Notes under the pieces: generated by a model | The model's database searches: none | What the model saw: only the letters and a program-made list of their open reading frames with translations | What the model was told of the DNA's origin: nothing | Made by a program: the position numbers and the translations under genes | In this document: positions 1-8,757 of the stretch, piece by piece | How the letters are laid out: the number at the start of each line of letters is the position of its first letter | Position numbering within the stretch: the stretch's first letter is position 1 | From: Burkholderiaceae bacterium | Lineage (GTDB): Bacteria; Pseudomonadota; Gammaproteobacteria; Burkholderiales; Burkholderiaceae | Assembly: GCA_947448305.1 (NCBI GenBank) | Contig: CANFME010000001.1 | Span: 2,030-66,029 of the forward strand | Length of the DNA stretch: 64,000 nt | Direction of reading: 5' to 3'

Positions 1-782
1 TCATCAATAGCTGTCATACCACCAACAATTGCCATTTTGCCATTTAAGCCATACTCATTAAATTGACGAATAAATCTAAAGCCGTTTGAACCAGCAAAAC
101 CCAAGAAAATTGCATCAACTTTTGGATTTAATTGAGCCAAGAAACTACCATAATCAGGAACTGTCAATGGTGAGAAAAGTTTTTGGACAATCTTGCCACC
201 GTTTTCTTCAAAAACACGTTGGAAACCAGCATTCATTTCATGGCCATAAGCAATATCGTCAGCAATCATGATCATCCGCTTGTAACCTTTTACCTTGGCA
301 CAATATTCAGCCATTGGGTGAGCGCACTGTGAAGAAGTAGAGGTCGCTCTTACGAACCATGGATTTGGTTTACGTTGAGTCATGTCTTCTGCTGCGGCAA
401 CTGATAATGTTGGGATTTTTTGAGCTTTGATGTAATCGTCCACAGCTAGCGCTTCAAAAGCAGCCAAAGGGCCCATCACAGCATGAACTTTATTGCGTTC
501 GTACAATTCTGAAATCTTTGTTTTTGTGTTGGCTGGTACTCCACCAGTATCAGCAACGGTTAGTTCAACTTTTCTACCGCCCATCATATTATTGTTCTCA
601 GCAAGCCACTGCTTCAAACCTAATTCCATATCGATTCCGCCTGAAGCGAGGGGGCCAGTTTTTACGGTTAATAAACCAATTCTGATTGGTTCATTCGTTT
701 GTGCACGAAGAATACTTGGGGCAGCTAATGTCAAACCCGCTGCAGCAGTGCCTTGTATAAAAGAACGACGATCTAAACTCAT
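1..782 (-). CDS. ABC transporter substrate-binding protein, Leu/Ile/Val-binding (LivK-like) family; the C-terminal part runs off the window edge
   Basis: Absent from the ORF track because it is open at the edge. Manual minus-strand translation from the ATG at 782-780 gives MSLDRRSFIQGTAAAGLTLAAPSILRAQTNEPIRIGLLTVKTGPLASGGIDMELGLKQWLAENN... This is a twin-arginine type signal followed by a family-typical N-terminus. GGAGGAG lies 5 nt upstream (rev-comp of 788-794). The + ORF 493..807 is its antisense shadow. Confidence 0.8.
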   Translation of the reverse strand, partial: MSLDRRSFIQGTAAAGLTLAAPSILRAQTNEPIRIGLLTVKTGPLASGGIDMELGLKQWLAENNNMMGGRKVELTVADTGGVPANTKTKISELYERNKVHAVMGPLAAFEALAVDDYIKAQKIPTLSVAAAEDMTQRKPNPWFVRATSTSSQCAHPMAEYCAKVKGYKRMIMIADDIAYGHEMNAGFQRVFEENGGKIVQKLFSPLTVPDYGSFLAQLNPKVDAIFLGFAGSNGFRFIRQFNEYGLNGKMAIVGGMTAID

Positions 783-844
783 GGTGTCTCCTCCAGTATT
801 AATTTAAAAGTAGTACATTTAAAAATGCCTAAAAACTTCACTAA

Positions 845-860
845 TGATTAATTGATCAAT
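845..860. promoter_or_regulatory. Candidate operator, copy 1
   Basis: TGATTAATTGATCAAT contains the perfect 10-bp palindrome ATTGATCAAT (851-860). It matches copy 2 at 14/16 positions and lies in the divergent region between the LivK-like gene and the HIBADH-IorAB operon. Confidence 0.25.
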
Positions 861-1054
861 AAAAGGTTTTAGGTTCAGATTGTCAATTATATTAAGTAAT
901 TAATAATCACAACATGGAGATTAAAGGATTATTCGGCTTTAAAGAATAAGGGTATTTACCTATTTTGAAAAAATCAAAAAAGTAAAAACTCCCCATGACA
1001 AAACAAAAAAGTCTGAATCATTGATAAAAATTGGAATAATTACTGGTTCTTTAT

Positions 1055-1070
1055 TGATTATTTGATCACT
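1055..1070. promoter_or_regulatory. Candidate operator, copy 2
   Basis: TGATTATTTGATCACT lies 74-89 nt upstream of the ATG at 1144. Confidence 0.25.
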
Positions 1071-1143
1071 ACTAATTATTATTTGATAATTCAGCGATAA
1101 TTATTAACTATTTGTAAACTTTTCTAAATATTATTTTTCGGAG

Positions 1144-2037
1144 ATGATGATGAAGCTTGGATTAATTGGTACTGGCAAAATGGGCGGCGCAATGGTTGAA
1201 CGCCTCATTGAATGTGGTCATGAAGTGGTGATTTGGAATCGGTCAATGGAAAAGACCATTCCTTTAGTGGCTTTAGGAGCGACTACTGCTTCTTCACCAG
1301 CTGATGTGATTAGCCAAGTAGACATCATGATTTCTATATTAACGGATGCCTCGGCGATCGATTCAGCTTATCGTGGTGAGAAGGGCGTGCTCAAAGCAAA
1401 TATTGCTGGCAAATTGATGATTGAAATGAGTACAGTTCGTCCATCTACTTCGATTGCCTTAGCTGATGAAGTTAAAGCTTTAGGTGGCTCAATAGTTGAT
1501 TGTCCTGTTGGGGGCACGGTAGCTCCTGCGAAAGCTGGTAAATTATTAGGACTCGTTGGCGGAGATGACGATGCAGTTGCTAAGGCTCGGCCGATTTTGG
1601 AGCAATTATGTCGTCGGGTTGAGCACGTAGGCAAGAATGGTGCTGGGGCGACTCTAAAGTTAACGGTTAATTTACCATTGCTCGTATTTTGGCAATCCTT
1701 TAGTGAAGCGTTGTCAATTTCCTCCAAATTAGATATCTCTCCTGAGCGTTTGATGGATATTCTTTCTGACACTTCAGGCGCTCCAAATATGATGAAAGCT
1801 AGAGTTCCGGCCCTAGTATCTTGTCTAAAAGGTGAGCCACAACCACCTGCAGCGTTTACTTTAGATAATATTCGTAAAGATTTAAGAACGATGATTGAAG
1901 AGGCTCAATCCTTAGGTTGGAATGTGCCTGTTACACAAGCAGCTCTTTCTGAACTAGATAAAACATCTGCCGCAGGTTTGGGTAATTCAGATGGCACAGC
2001 TGTTCCGGCATGGTTCATTAATACCTATTGCAAGTAA
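1144..2037 (+). CDS. NAD(P)-dependent oxidoreductase, 3-hydroxyisobutyrate dehydrogenase (HIBADH) family
   Basis: N-terminal Rossmann motif GLIGTGKMGGAMVERL and a family-typical length of 297 aa. Three consecutive ATGs are present; GGAG at 1140-1143 favours the third (1150) as the true start. Confidence 0.8.
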   Translation: MMMKLGLIGTGKMGGAMVERLIECGHEVVIWNRSMEKTIPLVALGATTASSPADVISQVDIMISILTDASAIDSAYRGEKGVLKANIAGKLMIEMSTVRPSTSIALADEVKALGGSIVDCPVGGTVAPAKAGKLLGLVGGDDDAVAKARPILEQLCRRVEHVGKNGAGATLKLTVNLPLLVFWQSFSEALSISSKLDISPERLMDILSDTSGAPNMMKARVPALVSCLKGEPQPPAAFTLDNIRKDLRTMIEEAQSLGWNVPVTQAALSELDKTSAAGLGNSDGTAVPAWFINTYCK

Positions 2038-2077
2038 ATTTTACTAACCACCTTTAAAAACACTATTTTTTTAACTT

Positions 2078-2560
2078 ATGTCAAATTCAATTCAATTTCA
2101 ACTCAATGGAAAGTTATGCGAAGTAACAACCAATGAGAATACCCCCTTGTTATATGTGCTCAGAAATGACTTAGACCAAAAAGGTTCGCGGTTTGGTTGC
2201 GGCACTGGTAACTGTGGCGCTTGTACGGTTATAGTCGACGGGACTGCGACGCAATCTTGCAATACACCGCTGTGGTCTATTAGTCAAAAGGATGTAATGA
2301 CAGCAGAAGGACTTGAAGTAGATCCGATTGGAAAGTTAGTTCAAGAGGCTTTTGTCAAAGAACAAGCTGCCCAATGCGGTTATTGTATTAACGGCATCAT
2401 GATGAGCATTACTGCACTTCTGAAGAAAAACCCGAACCCTAGCAGAGCCGAGCAAAATGCTGCTTTAGATGTTAATTTATGTCGTTGCGGAACGCATGTT
2501 CGAATTTTCAAAGCGCTCGCTAGTGTAGTTGAGACGTTATCGAAGGAGGCAGTAGCATGA
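2078..2560 (+). CDS. (2Fe-2S)-binding small subunit of a molybdenum hydroxylase (IorA-like)
   Basis: Two cluster motifs: CGTGNCGACTV, and CGYCINGIMM...CRCGTH. The 160 aa size fits, and a 4-nt ATGA overlap couples it to the large subunit gene. Confidence 0.9.
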   Translation: MSNSIQFQLNGKLCEVTTNENTPLLYVLRNDLDQKGSRFGCGTGNCGACTVIVDGTATQSCNTPLWSISQKDVMTAEGLEVDPIGKLVQEAFVKEQAAQCGYCINGIMMSITALLKKNPNPSRAEQNAALDVNLCRCGTHVRIFKALASVVETLSKEAVA

Positions 2561-4686
2561 GCAATGTTCAAGCAAATCCACTACCTACGTATATCCAATC
2601 CCATCCAATGCTCGACCAATGGTTTGCTTTAGATCAATTGCCATTATTGACTGTATATAGCGGAAAAGTTGAATTAGGTCAGGGTATACAAACTGCACTA
2701 CAACAAATTGCTTGCCAAGAGCTTGGTATTACACTTGATCAAATTCATTGGGTTGCTGGAAACACTTTCCATTCACCTAATGAGTGGTATACAGCAGGAA
2801 GTCAATCCATCGAAAACGGTGGTGCCTCGTTACGTTGTGCACTCTCTCATGCTCGTTGGCTCTTCTTAAATGCTGCTGCGCAAGCATTGAATGTAAATGT
2901 TCATGATGTTGAAATTAAAGCAGGTATTTTTTCTTGCCCAGGTGTATCAAAAACGGTCACATACTCAGAGTTAGCTCCCCAAATAGATATTCATATTCCT
3001 ATTGAGGCGCTCACAGAAGCAGTAGCATCTTCATCCCAGGTAAAAGAAGTAATTATTGGCAAGAGTATTCCTAGAAAAGACTTAGTGGATAAGTTATCTA
3101 CAGGTGCTTTTATTCATGATGTGGTTTTGCCTGAAATGTTCCATGCAAGAATGCTGCGCCATAGTCATGCACAATCGACGATTCAATCGATTGACCTCGA
3201 AGCAATCAAGGCATTAAACGGTGTTGAGCAGGTGGTTTTGAGCGGTAGTTTTTTAGCTATTCTTGGTAAAAATGAAGCAGCCTTAGTTGCTAGTTTACCT
3301 AAGGCTCATCAATGTGTTCAGTGGCAATTGCCATCATTTGTTGAGCGTCAACGTCCCATTGAAGAGATTTTAACTACCTTACCATCAAGCGATAAGATCG
3401 TTTTTAACAAAGGTGAGGCTAGTGCTTCTGTGTCGCAAATGACAGCGAGATACACAAGACCTTTTATTGCCCATGCATCAATTGGTCCGGCTTGCGCTTT
3501 AGCTCAAATGGTTGATGGACATCTAACAGTTTGGTCCCATACGCAAGGTTCACATTTATTGCGTGATCAAATTGCAGTTGGCCTAAGACAAGATGCTTCG
3601 ACTATAGATGTGATTCATTTGCACGGAGCTGGTTGCTACGGTCATAACAGTGCAGATGATGTTGCTTTTGATGCGGCTTTCATTACGCAACAAACAGGTT
3701 TGAATGTTCGAGTTCAGTGGACACGAGAGGAAGAGTTATCAGCAACTCCGTTCGGTTCAGCTAGTTTGATGCAAATTGACGCAGGACTTGATGAGAATGG
3801 CAGGATTGTTTCTTGGGAATCTGAAGTTTGGTCTCCGACCCATATCGCAAGACCTGGTTGCTGGCAAGGTACTATCAATTTATTAGGTGCTTGGATGATA
3901 GACCCACCACACCCTGTCGATGCTACCCAAGATGTCCCTTTACCAAATGGTGGTGGGTTACGAAATGCTGTTGCAATTTATGACTTTGCCCATCAAGCAA
4001 TCCGTCATCATATGTTGCCCCAGGTACCTGTAAGAACTTCGGCTCTGCGTAGTTTAGGGGCTTATTTAAATGTCTATGCCATCGAATCCTTCTTGGATGA
4101 ATTAGCAGAGTCCATTGGCCAAGATCCGGTTGATTTACGTTTGTCTTACCTTTCTGATCCACGCTCGATTGCTATTATTCAGCGTGTTGCACAAATGTCA
4201 AATTGGGCTAAACGTGATCAATTGCCAGAAGGAACTGCTTTAGGAATTGGTTTTGGACGTTATAAAAACTTTGGCGCTTATTGCGCAGTAGTGGTTCAGG
4301 TACGTGTTGAAGAGAAGATTCACGTTGAAAAAGTTTGGTCAACGGCTGATGCTGGCCGAATCATCAACCCTGATGGTTTACTCAATCAAATAGAGGGTGG
4401 GATTATTCAAGCAATCAGTTGGACTCTAAAAGAACAAGCTACTTGGGATGATTTAAACATCACTTCTAACACTTGGGATACTTATCCAATTTTGAATTTC
4501 TCAGAAGTCCCTGAAGTAATGGTAGAGCTACTTGATCAGCCTAGTGCGCCAAGTCTAGGCGGTGGAGAAGCTGCTGCTGGCCCAACAGGTGCGGCAATTG
4601 CGAATGCCCTCAATGCGGCTTTAGGCGTTCGTGCTAGACACTTACCATTAAGTCCAGATCGATTAGCGCAGTTAATTTCAAGTTAA
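2557..4686 (+). CDS. Molybdopterin-binding large subunit of a xanthine dehydrogenase/aldehyde oxidase family enzyme (IorB-like)
   Basis: 709 aa and translationally coupled to the 2Fe-2S subunit. The C-terminal GGGEAAAGPTGAAIANA motif is typical of the family. No signal peptide and no FAD or cytochrome subunit gene nearby, matching the two-subunit IorAB type. Confidence 0.85.
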   Translation: MSNVQANPLPTYIQSHPMLDQWFALDQLPLLTVYSGKVELGQGIQTALQQIACQELGITLDQIHWVAGNTFHSPNEWYTAGSQSIENGGASLRCALSHARWLFLNAAAQALNVNVHDVEIKAGIFSCPGVSKTVTYSELAPQIDIHIPIEALTEAVASSSQVKEVIIGKSIPRKDLVDKLSTGAFIHDVVLPEMFHARMLRHSHAQSTIQSIDLEAIKALNGVEQVVLSGSFLAILGKNEAALVASLPKAHQCVQWQLPSFVERQRPIEEILTTLPSSDKIVFNKGEASASVSQMTARYTRPFIAHASIGPACALAQMVDGHLTVWSHTQGSHLLRDQIAVGLRQDASTIDVIHLHGAGCYGHNSADDVAFDAAFITQQTGLNVRVQWTREEELSATPFGSASLMQIDAGLDENGRIVSWESEVWSPTHIARPGCWQGTINLLGAWMIDPPHPVDATQDVPLPNGGGLRNAVAIYDFAHQAIRHHMLPQVPVRTSALRSLGAYLNVYAIESFLDELAESIGQDPVDLRLSYLSDPRSIAIIQRVAQMSNWAKRDQLPEGTALGIGFGRYKNFGAYCAVVVQVRVEEKIHVEKVWSTADAGRIINPDGLLNQIEGGIIQAISWTLKEQATWDDLNITSNTWDTYPILNFSEVPEVMVELLDQPSAPSLGGGEAAAGPTGAAIANALNAALGVRARHLPLSPDRLAQLISS

Positions 4687-4710
4687 TTGCAGATTGATTT
4701 AATGTAAAAA

Positions 4711-4738
4711 AAACCTGAATTAGAAATAATTCAGGTTT
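4711..4738. terminator. Bidirectional intrinsic terminator between convergent genes
   Basis: Perfect 12-bp inverted repeat AAACCTGAATTA (4711-4722) / TAATTCAGGTTT (4727-4738) with a GAAA loop. An A-run lies upstream and a T-run downstream. Confidence 0.7.
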
Positions 4739-4763
4739 TTTTACTTAAGAGGTTGACTTGTTT

Positions 4764-5201
4764 TTACTTATCGCCTGTATCAGCAACTAAGCCAGCAGCT
4801 GTGATACCTGCTACTGCGCAGATTTCGTCATTAATTGAAGTATCGCCTGTAATTCCCACAGAACCAATAATCACTCCTTCAGCGTTACGAATGAGTACGC
4901 CGCCTGGTACCGGTACCATTTTTCCACCTGACATAGCATTTAGGGCAACGAAGAAACTTGGCATTGCTTCAGCGCGTCTTGCTAATTCGCGCCCACCAAA
5001 ACCCATTCCAAGAGCACCCCAAGCTTTACCCATTGCGATATCTTGTCTTAAGATACTGCAGTTATCTTCACGCAAGAGCGCTTTCATTTGACCGCCAGCA
5101 TCTAAAACTATCACCGTTAGTGGGTGAAATTTCATTTCGCGACCTTTTTCTAGCGACGTTTTAGCAATTAAAAGAGCTTGCTCTAAATTAACATTTGACA
5201 T
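4764..5201 (-). CDS. GlcG/HbpS-like heme-binding protein (DUF336)
   Basis: 145 aa with the family-typical stretch GGVLIRNAEGVIIGSVGITGDTSINDEICA. The + ORF 4753..5091 is its antisense shadow. Confidence 0.8.
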   Translation of the reverse strand: MSNVNLEQALLIAKTSLEKGREMKFHPLTVIVLDAGGQMKALLREDNCSILRQDIAMGKAWGALGMGFGGRELARRAEAMPSFFVALNAMSGGKMVPVPGGVLIRNAEGVIIGSVGITGDTSINDEICAVAGITAAGLVADTGDK

Positions 5202-5250
5202 GATGATCCTTTAAGATTGAGATATAAGTAATTGAAAAATAAGTTAAACA

Positions 5251-5799
5251 TTAAGCAGTATGATCTGCTGCTGAGTGGTACTTGCCCTTCCAGAAAAACA
5301 GTGGGGCAGTGTGTTCAGAAGTGTTGTACGAATAGCTTAACACTTTTCCGATAAAGATTAAATGGTCACCACCTTCAACTTCATTTTCCTTAGTGCAGAC
5401 GAAATGGCCAAGAGTACCATCCAAAATTGGAATGCCATGTTCATTTAAATGATGGGGGATATCTTTAAATTTATCCTCACTCGGTCTTGCAAAGTGATTA
5501 GAAATATCTTTTTGATCTTCCGCTAATATATTAACAATAAAATAGGGCGATTCTATAAATGCTTGATGGCTCGGAGCTCCCCGAACTTGTGACCATAAGA
5601 CAAGGGGGGGTGATAGAGAAACAGAATTAAAGGAGCTCACGGTAACGCCAAACACCTTACCATTATTATCAATGGTTGTAATAACGGTAACACCTGTTCC
5701 AAAATGACCTAAAGCATTGCGAAAATCTCTAGAGTCAAACTCTGGGCTTTGTTCTTGGGTATCTTTTGCGCGATCTACTGGGCTCATCTTTATCTCCAT
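5251..5799 (-). CDS. Flavin reductase (NAD(P)H:flavin oxidoreductase, HpaC-like)
   Basis: FRNALGHFGTGVTVITT motif of the flavin reductase domain. GGAG lies 6 nt upstream of the internal ATG at 5787, so the real start may be 5787. Confidence 0.85.
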   Translation of the reverse strand: MEIKMSPVDRAKDTQEQSPEFDSRDFRNALGHFGTGVTVITTIDNNGKVFGVTVSSFNSVSLSPPLVLWSQVRGAPSHQAFIESPYFIVNILAEDQKDISNHFARPSEDKFKDIPHHLNEHGIPILDGTLGHFVCTKENEVEGGDHLIFIGKVLSYSYNTSEHTAPLFFWKGKYHSAADHTA

Positions 5800-5815
5800 T
5801 AATTTATTTAAATAG

Positions 5816-5831
5816 TAATCGCTTGATCATT
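5816..5831. promoter_or_regulatory. Candidate operator, copy 3 of the recurrent motif TRATYRNTTGATCAYT
   Basis: TAATCGCTTGATCATT matches the reverse complement of 8665-8680 at 15/16 positions. It lies in the divergent promoter region between the flavin reductase and hydrolase operons. Confidence 0.3.
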
Positions 5832-5990
5832 AGAAGTCAATCTGATGAGATAAAACATTTAATCGAGTCGATGAGTATCAAGTTATAAATCGATTAAAAA
5901 TCAACTTTTATTAGGGAAAACCCATATTCATGCTAAGGATTTACTTCATTGTTTGGTTTGATACTTGCCAATTGAGATTGACTATATTAA

Positions 5991-6006
5991 AGTGATCAAA
6001 CGATCC
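5991..6006. promoter_or_regulatory. Candidate operator, copy 4 (inverted orientation)
   Basis: AGTGATCAAACGATCC lies 36-51 nt upstream of the ATG at 6042. Its rev-comp GGATCGTTTGATCACT matches copy 2 at 13/16 positions. Confidence 0.3.
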
Positions 6007-6041
6007 TTATTTTTTAAAACAATATACAAAAAGAGACAGTT

Positions 6042-6815
6042 ATGACAATTACTTCATTTCAATTAGAGGGGTGCAGTAATGCGCCAGTGTTAGTAATCGG
6101 CAATTCCTTAGGGGCTAATTACTCCATGTGGGACGATCAAATTGAGGTTTGGAAAAAGCATTTTTTAGTTTTACGCTACGATTACCGTGGACATGGGGAC
6201 ACTCCAGCGTTAGGTGCAGTTGCTTCTACGGAAGATTTAGCCAAAGATATTATTGAACTGACAGACCAATTAAATATTCAAAAATTTCACTGGTTAGGTT
6301 TATCCCTTGGGGCAATGTTGGGCTTATACATGGCTGCTCATTATTCAGATCGTGTTTTGAGTCTTTCCGCAGCTTGTTTTAGACATTCACAAACAGATGA
6401 AACAAAAGCGCAATGGTTAACACGTATTGCGACCGTAAATGAAAAAGGCGTGCAAGCAATTGTGGACGGCACAGCAGATCGTTGGTTAACTGAGGGGTAT
6501 CGTTTGGCAAACCCTGCCGATGATCAAAAATTACGCAAAATGATTGCTACCACTAGTAATGATGGTTATATGGCATGTGGTACTGCCGTAATGACCTATG
6601 ACTCAAGACCTTATGCGGCGAAGATTCAGTGTCCAACCTTACTCATTAGTGGTGAGTTTGATATGGGTGCTCCAACAGCAGAGGTTGCTTCTTTAACTAA
6701 GGTTATTCCAAATAGTCAACATGTGATGTTGCCAACTGCGCACGTTGCAAACGTTGAATGTAAGAGAGAGTTTGAATCATTAGTGTTGAATTTTGTTAAT
6801 AATGTAACTGCTTAA
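6042..6815 (+). CDS. Alpha/beta hydrolase, 3-oxoadipate enol-lactonase (PcaD)-like
   Basis: Nucleophile elbow GLSLGA. The length (257 aa) and overall pattern resemble enol-lactonase type hydrolases. Confidence 0.75.
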   Translation: MTITSFQLEGCSNAPVLVIGNSLGANYSMWDDQIEVWKKHFLVLRYDYRGHGDTPALGAVASTEDLAKDIIELTDQLNIQKFHWLGLSLGAMLGLYMAAHYSDRVLSLSAACFRHSQTDETKAQWLTRIATVNEKGVQAIVDGTADRWLTEGYRLANPADDQKLRKMIATTSNDGYMACGTAVMTYDSRPYAAKIQCPTLLISGEFDMGAPTAEVASLTKVIPNSQHVMLPTAHVANVECKREFESLVLNFVNNVTA

Positions 6816-6827
6816 GACGAGAAAAAA

Positions 6828-7841
6828 ATGAATCCTGTAAATGTTGCTGTAATTGGTTATGGTTGGTGGGGCAAAATTATTACCGCCACGTTGCAAGCGA
6901 GTGAGTTTTTAAATGTTGTAATGGTCATTGAAAATGATCCTAATGTTGCTTCAAAAGCAACTACTGACGGGCTCTCTATGGGTTTCGAAGTTGCTAGAGA
7001 ATTTACAAATGCGATTGAAAATCCCAAAGTTGAAGCGATTGTTTTATGTACTCCGCATCAATTTCATGCCCAGCAGATTCAGTTAGCAGCAAACGCAGGC
7101 AAACATGTGTTTTGCGAAAAGCCCTTATGCCTTACATTTGCTGATGCTCAAGCTGCAATTGACGCCTGTAATAAAGCGGCTGTCAAATTAGGTATTGGAC
7201 ATGAGCGTCGTTTTGAGCCTGCCATCGTTGCCTTGAGAGAAGAGATAGCTAAGGGTACTTTAGGTACTATTTTACAAATCGAGGCCAATTTCTCACAGGA
7301 TAAGTTTTTTGCATTACCTAAGGATAATTGGCGTTTGTCCAATAAGTTTGCACCAGTTGGACCTTTAACCGCAACGGGTATTCATTTAGTTGATCTCGCC
7401 ATTGCTATTTTTGGACCTGCCAAAGAAGTATGGGCAAGACTAGCTACACGTGGCAGTGATTTTGAAAATGGCGATACTTTAGGCATCATGCTGGCTTTCG
7501 AAGGCGGGGCAAATGCTTTAATTAGTGCGATTTTAGCCACACCATTTGATGGTCGGTTTTGTGTTTATGGATCACATGGTTGGATCGAAATTAGAGATAA
7601 TACCCACCCCGAAAACCCAACAGGTTGGAATGTGACGACACAATTACGTGGTCAAGAAAGAACGACCCATTTTATGCCCCCAGCCCCAACGGTTCGTTTT
7701 AATTTAGAAGCCTTTGCAAAGGGTATTCGAGGTGTAAGTGACTATCCGGTGATGCAAACTGAAATGCTTGCCAATGTCGCAGCTCTCGAAGCCATTATGC
7801 GTTCTGTTGAGACGAAGCAATTAGAAATCGTGAAGCAGTAA
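6828..7841 (+). CDS. Gfo/Idh/MocA family oxidoreductase
   Basis: N-terminal Rossmann VAVIGYGWWG and the family EKP motif (FCEKPL). Confidence 0.85.
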   Translation: MNPVNVAVIGYGWWGKIITATLQASEFLNVVMVIENDPNVASKATTDGLSMGFEVAREFTNAIENPKVEAIVLCTPHQFHAQQIQLAANAGKHVFCEKPLCLTFADAQAAIDACNKAAVKLGIGHERRFEPAIVALREEIAKGTLGTILQIEANFSQDKFFALPKDNWRLSNKFAPVGPLTATGIHLVDLAIAIFGPAKEVWARLATRGSDFENGDTLGIMLAFEGGANALISAILATPFDGRFCVYGSHGWIEIRDNTHPENPTGWNVTTQLRGQERTTHFMPPAPTVRFNLEAFAKGIRGVSDYPVMQTEMLANVAALEAIMRSVETKQLEIVKQ

Positions 7842-7863
7842 TTTCTTAAAAAGCGAACCTTAC

Positions 7864-8544
7864 ATGGTTAAGTCAAATGATCTTGTCGTAAACAAACCAA
7901 TTAATTCAGCACCTCGAAAGCGTCTGAAGCGTGAGGAACGAGATCGTGAGATTGCTGCCGCCGCTGTGGCATTTTTTGCAGAGGTTGGTTTTGATGGGGA
8001 TACACGTGAGTTAGCTCGTCGTTTAGGCGTTACTCAATCGCTTATTTTTCGTTATTTTCCGAGTAAGGCTGCTTTAATCGAACGCGTCTACCAAGAGGTC
8101 TACGTTGGCAGATGGAACCCTTATTGGGAAACTATTATTGCAGATCGCTCGGTACCTTTAAAAGATCGTCTTTTGAGATTTTATAAAGACTACTCAAAAA
8201 TTTCCTTGACCTACGACTGGGTCAGAATTTTTATGTTTTCAGGTTTAAAGGGCGAAGATATTAATACTAGGTATTTGAAGTTTTTGCGAAGCAGAATTTT
8301 AGAACCGATTGCTATTGAAGTTAGAGCAGAGCTTGGGCTTCCCACTATTCAAGAGATTCCTCTTAAAGAAAGTGAAGTCGAATTGGCCTGGGGTATTAAC
8401 TCAAGAACCTTTTATTTAGGACAACGGAGATGGATTTTTAATATTCCGCTCTCTTTAGACATTGACGAGATTGTTGAACATACGATCATTACTTATTTGG
8501 CAGGAGCTAAAACAGTGGTACCGATGTTAATTATGCAAGATTAA
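7864..8544 (+). CDS. TetR family transcriptional regulator
   Basis: N-terminal HTH AAVAFFAEVGFDGDTRELARRLGVTQSLIFRYFPSK; 226 aa. Confidence 0.85.
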   Translation: MVKSNDLVVNKPINSAPRKRLKREERDREIAAAAVAFFAEVGFDGDTRELARRLGVTQSLIFRYFPSKAALIERVYQEVYVGRWNPYWETIIADRSVPLKDRLLRFYKDYSKISLTYDWVRIFMFSGLKGEDINTRYLKFLRSRILEPIAIEVRAELGLPTIQEIPLKESEVELAWGINSRTFYLGQRRWIFNIPLSLDIDEIVEHTIITYLAGAKTVVPMLIMQD

Positions 8545-8664
8545 GTAACTGTTTTTATTGTTTTTTTTATACATTGTCGATGATTTTCTATAGTGTTTAA
8601 ATTTGTAAAGCCCCATCCTAGTTAGGGTATTTACTGATTGAGTTGATCTTTTTTTAGCCTTATA

Positions 8665-8680
8665 AATGATCAAGTGATTA
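8665..8680. promoter_or_regulatory. Candidate operator, copy 5
   Basis: AATGATCAAGTGATTA lies 78-93 nt upstream of the LLM monooxygenase ATG. It matches the rev-comp of 5816-5831 at 15/16 positions. Confidence 0.3.
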
Positions 8681-8757
8681 CTTTGTTTTATAATTTTGAT
8701 TATTGAGTTATTTTACAAACCATTTTATGCAGTTCAATTACAGATACGGACAAGCGA

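Noticed and set aside
493-807. The + strand ORF of 104 aa in the supplied track.
   Set aside because: It lies antisense to a much better supported LivK-type binding protein gene (minus strand, 1-782) and has no recognisable motif. It is a shadow ORF.
1368-1772. Long antisense ORFs inside well-supported genes. The same applies to 4753..5091 +, 10106..10300 +, 40881..41192 -, 44191..44493 -, 48864..49217 -, 58353..58688 - and 63533..63910 +.
   Set aside because: Each lies fully inside or opposite a gene with clear family motifs. Their translations are low-complexity or Pro/Ser/Ala-rich, as expected for reverse-frame reading.
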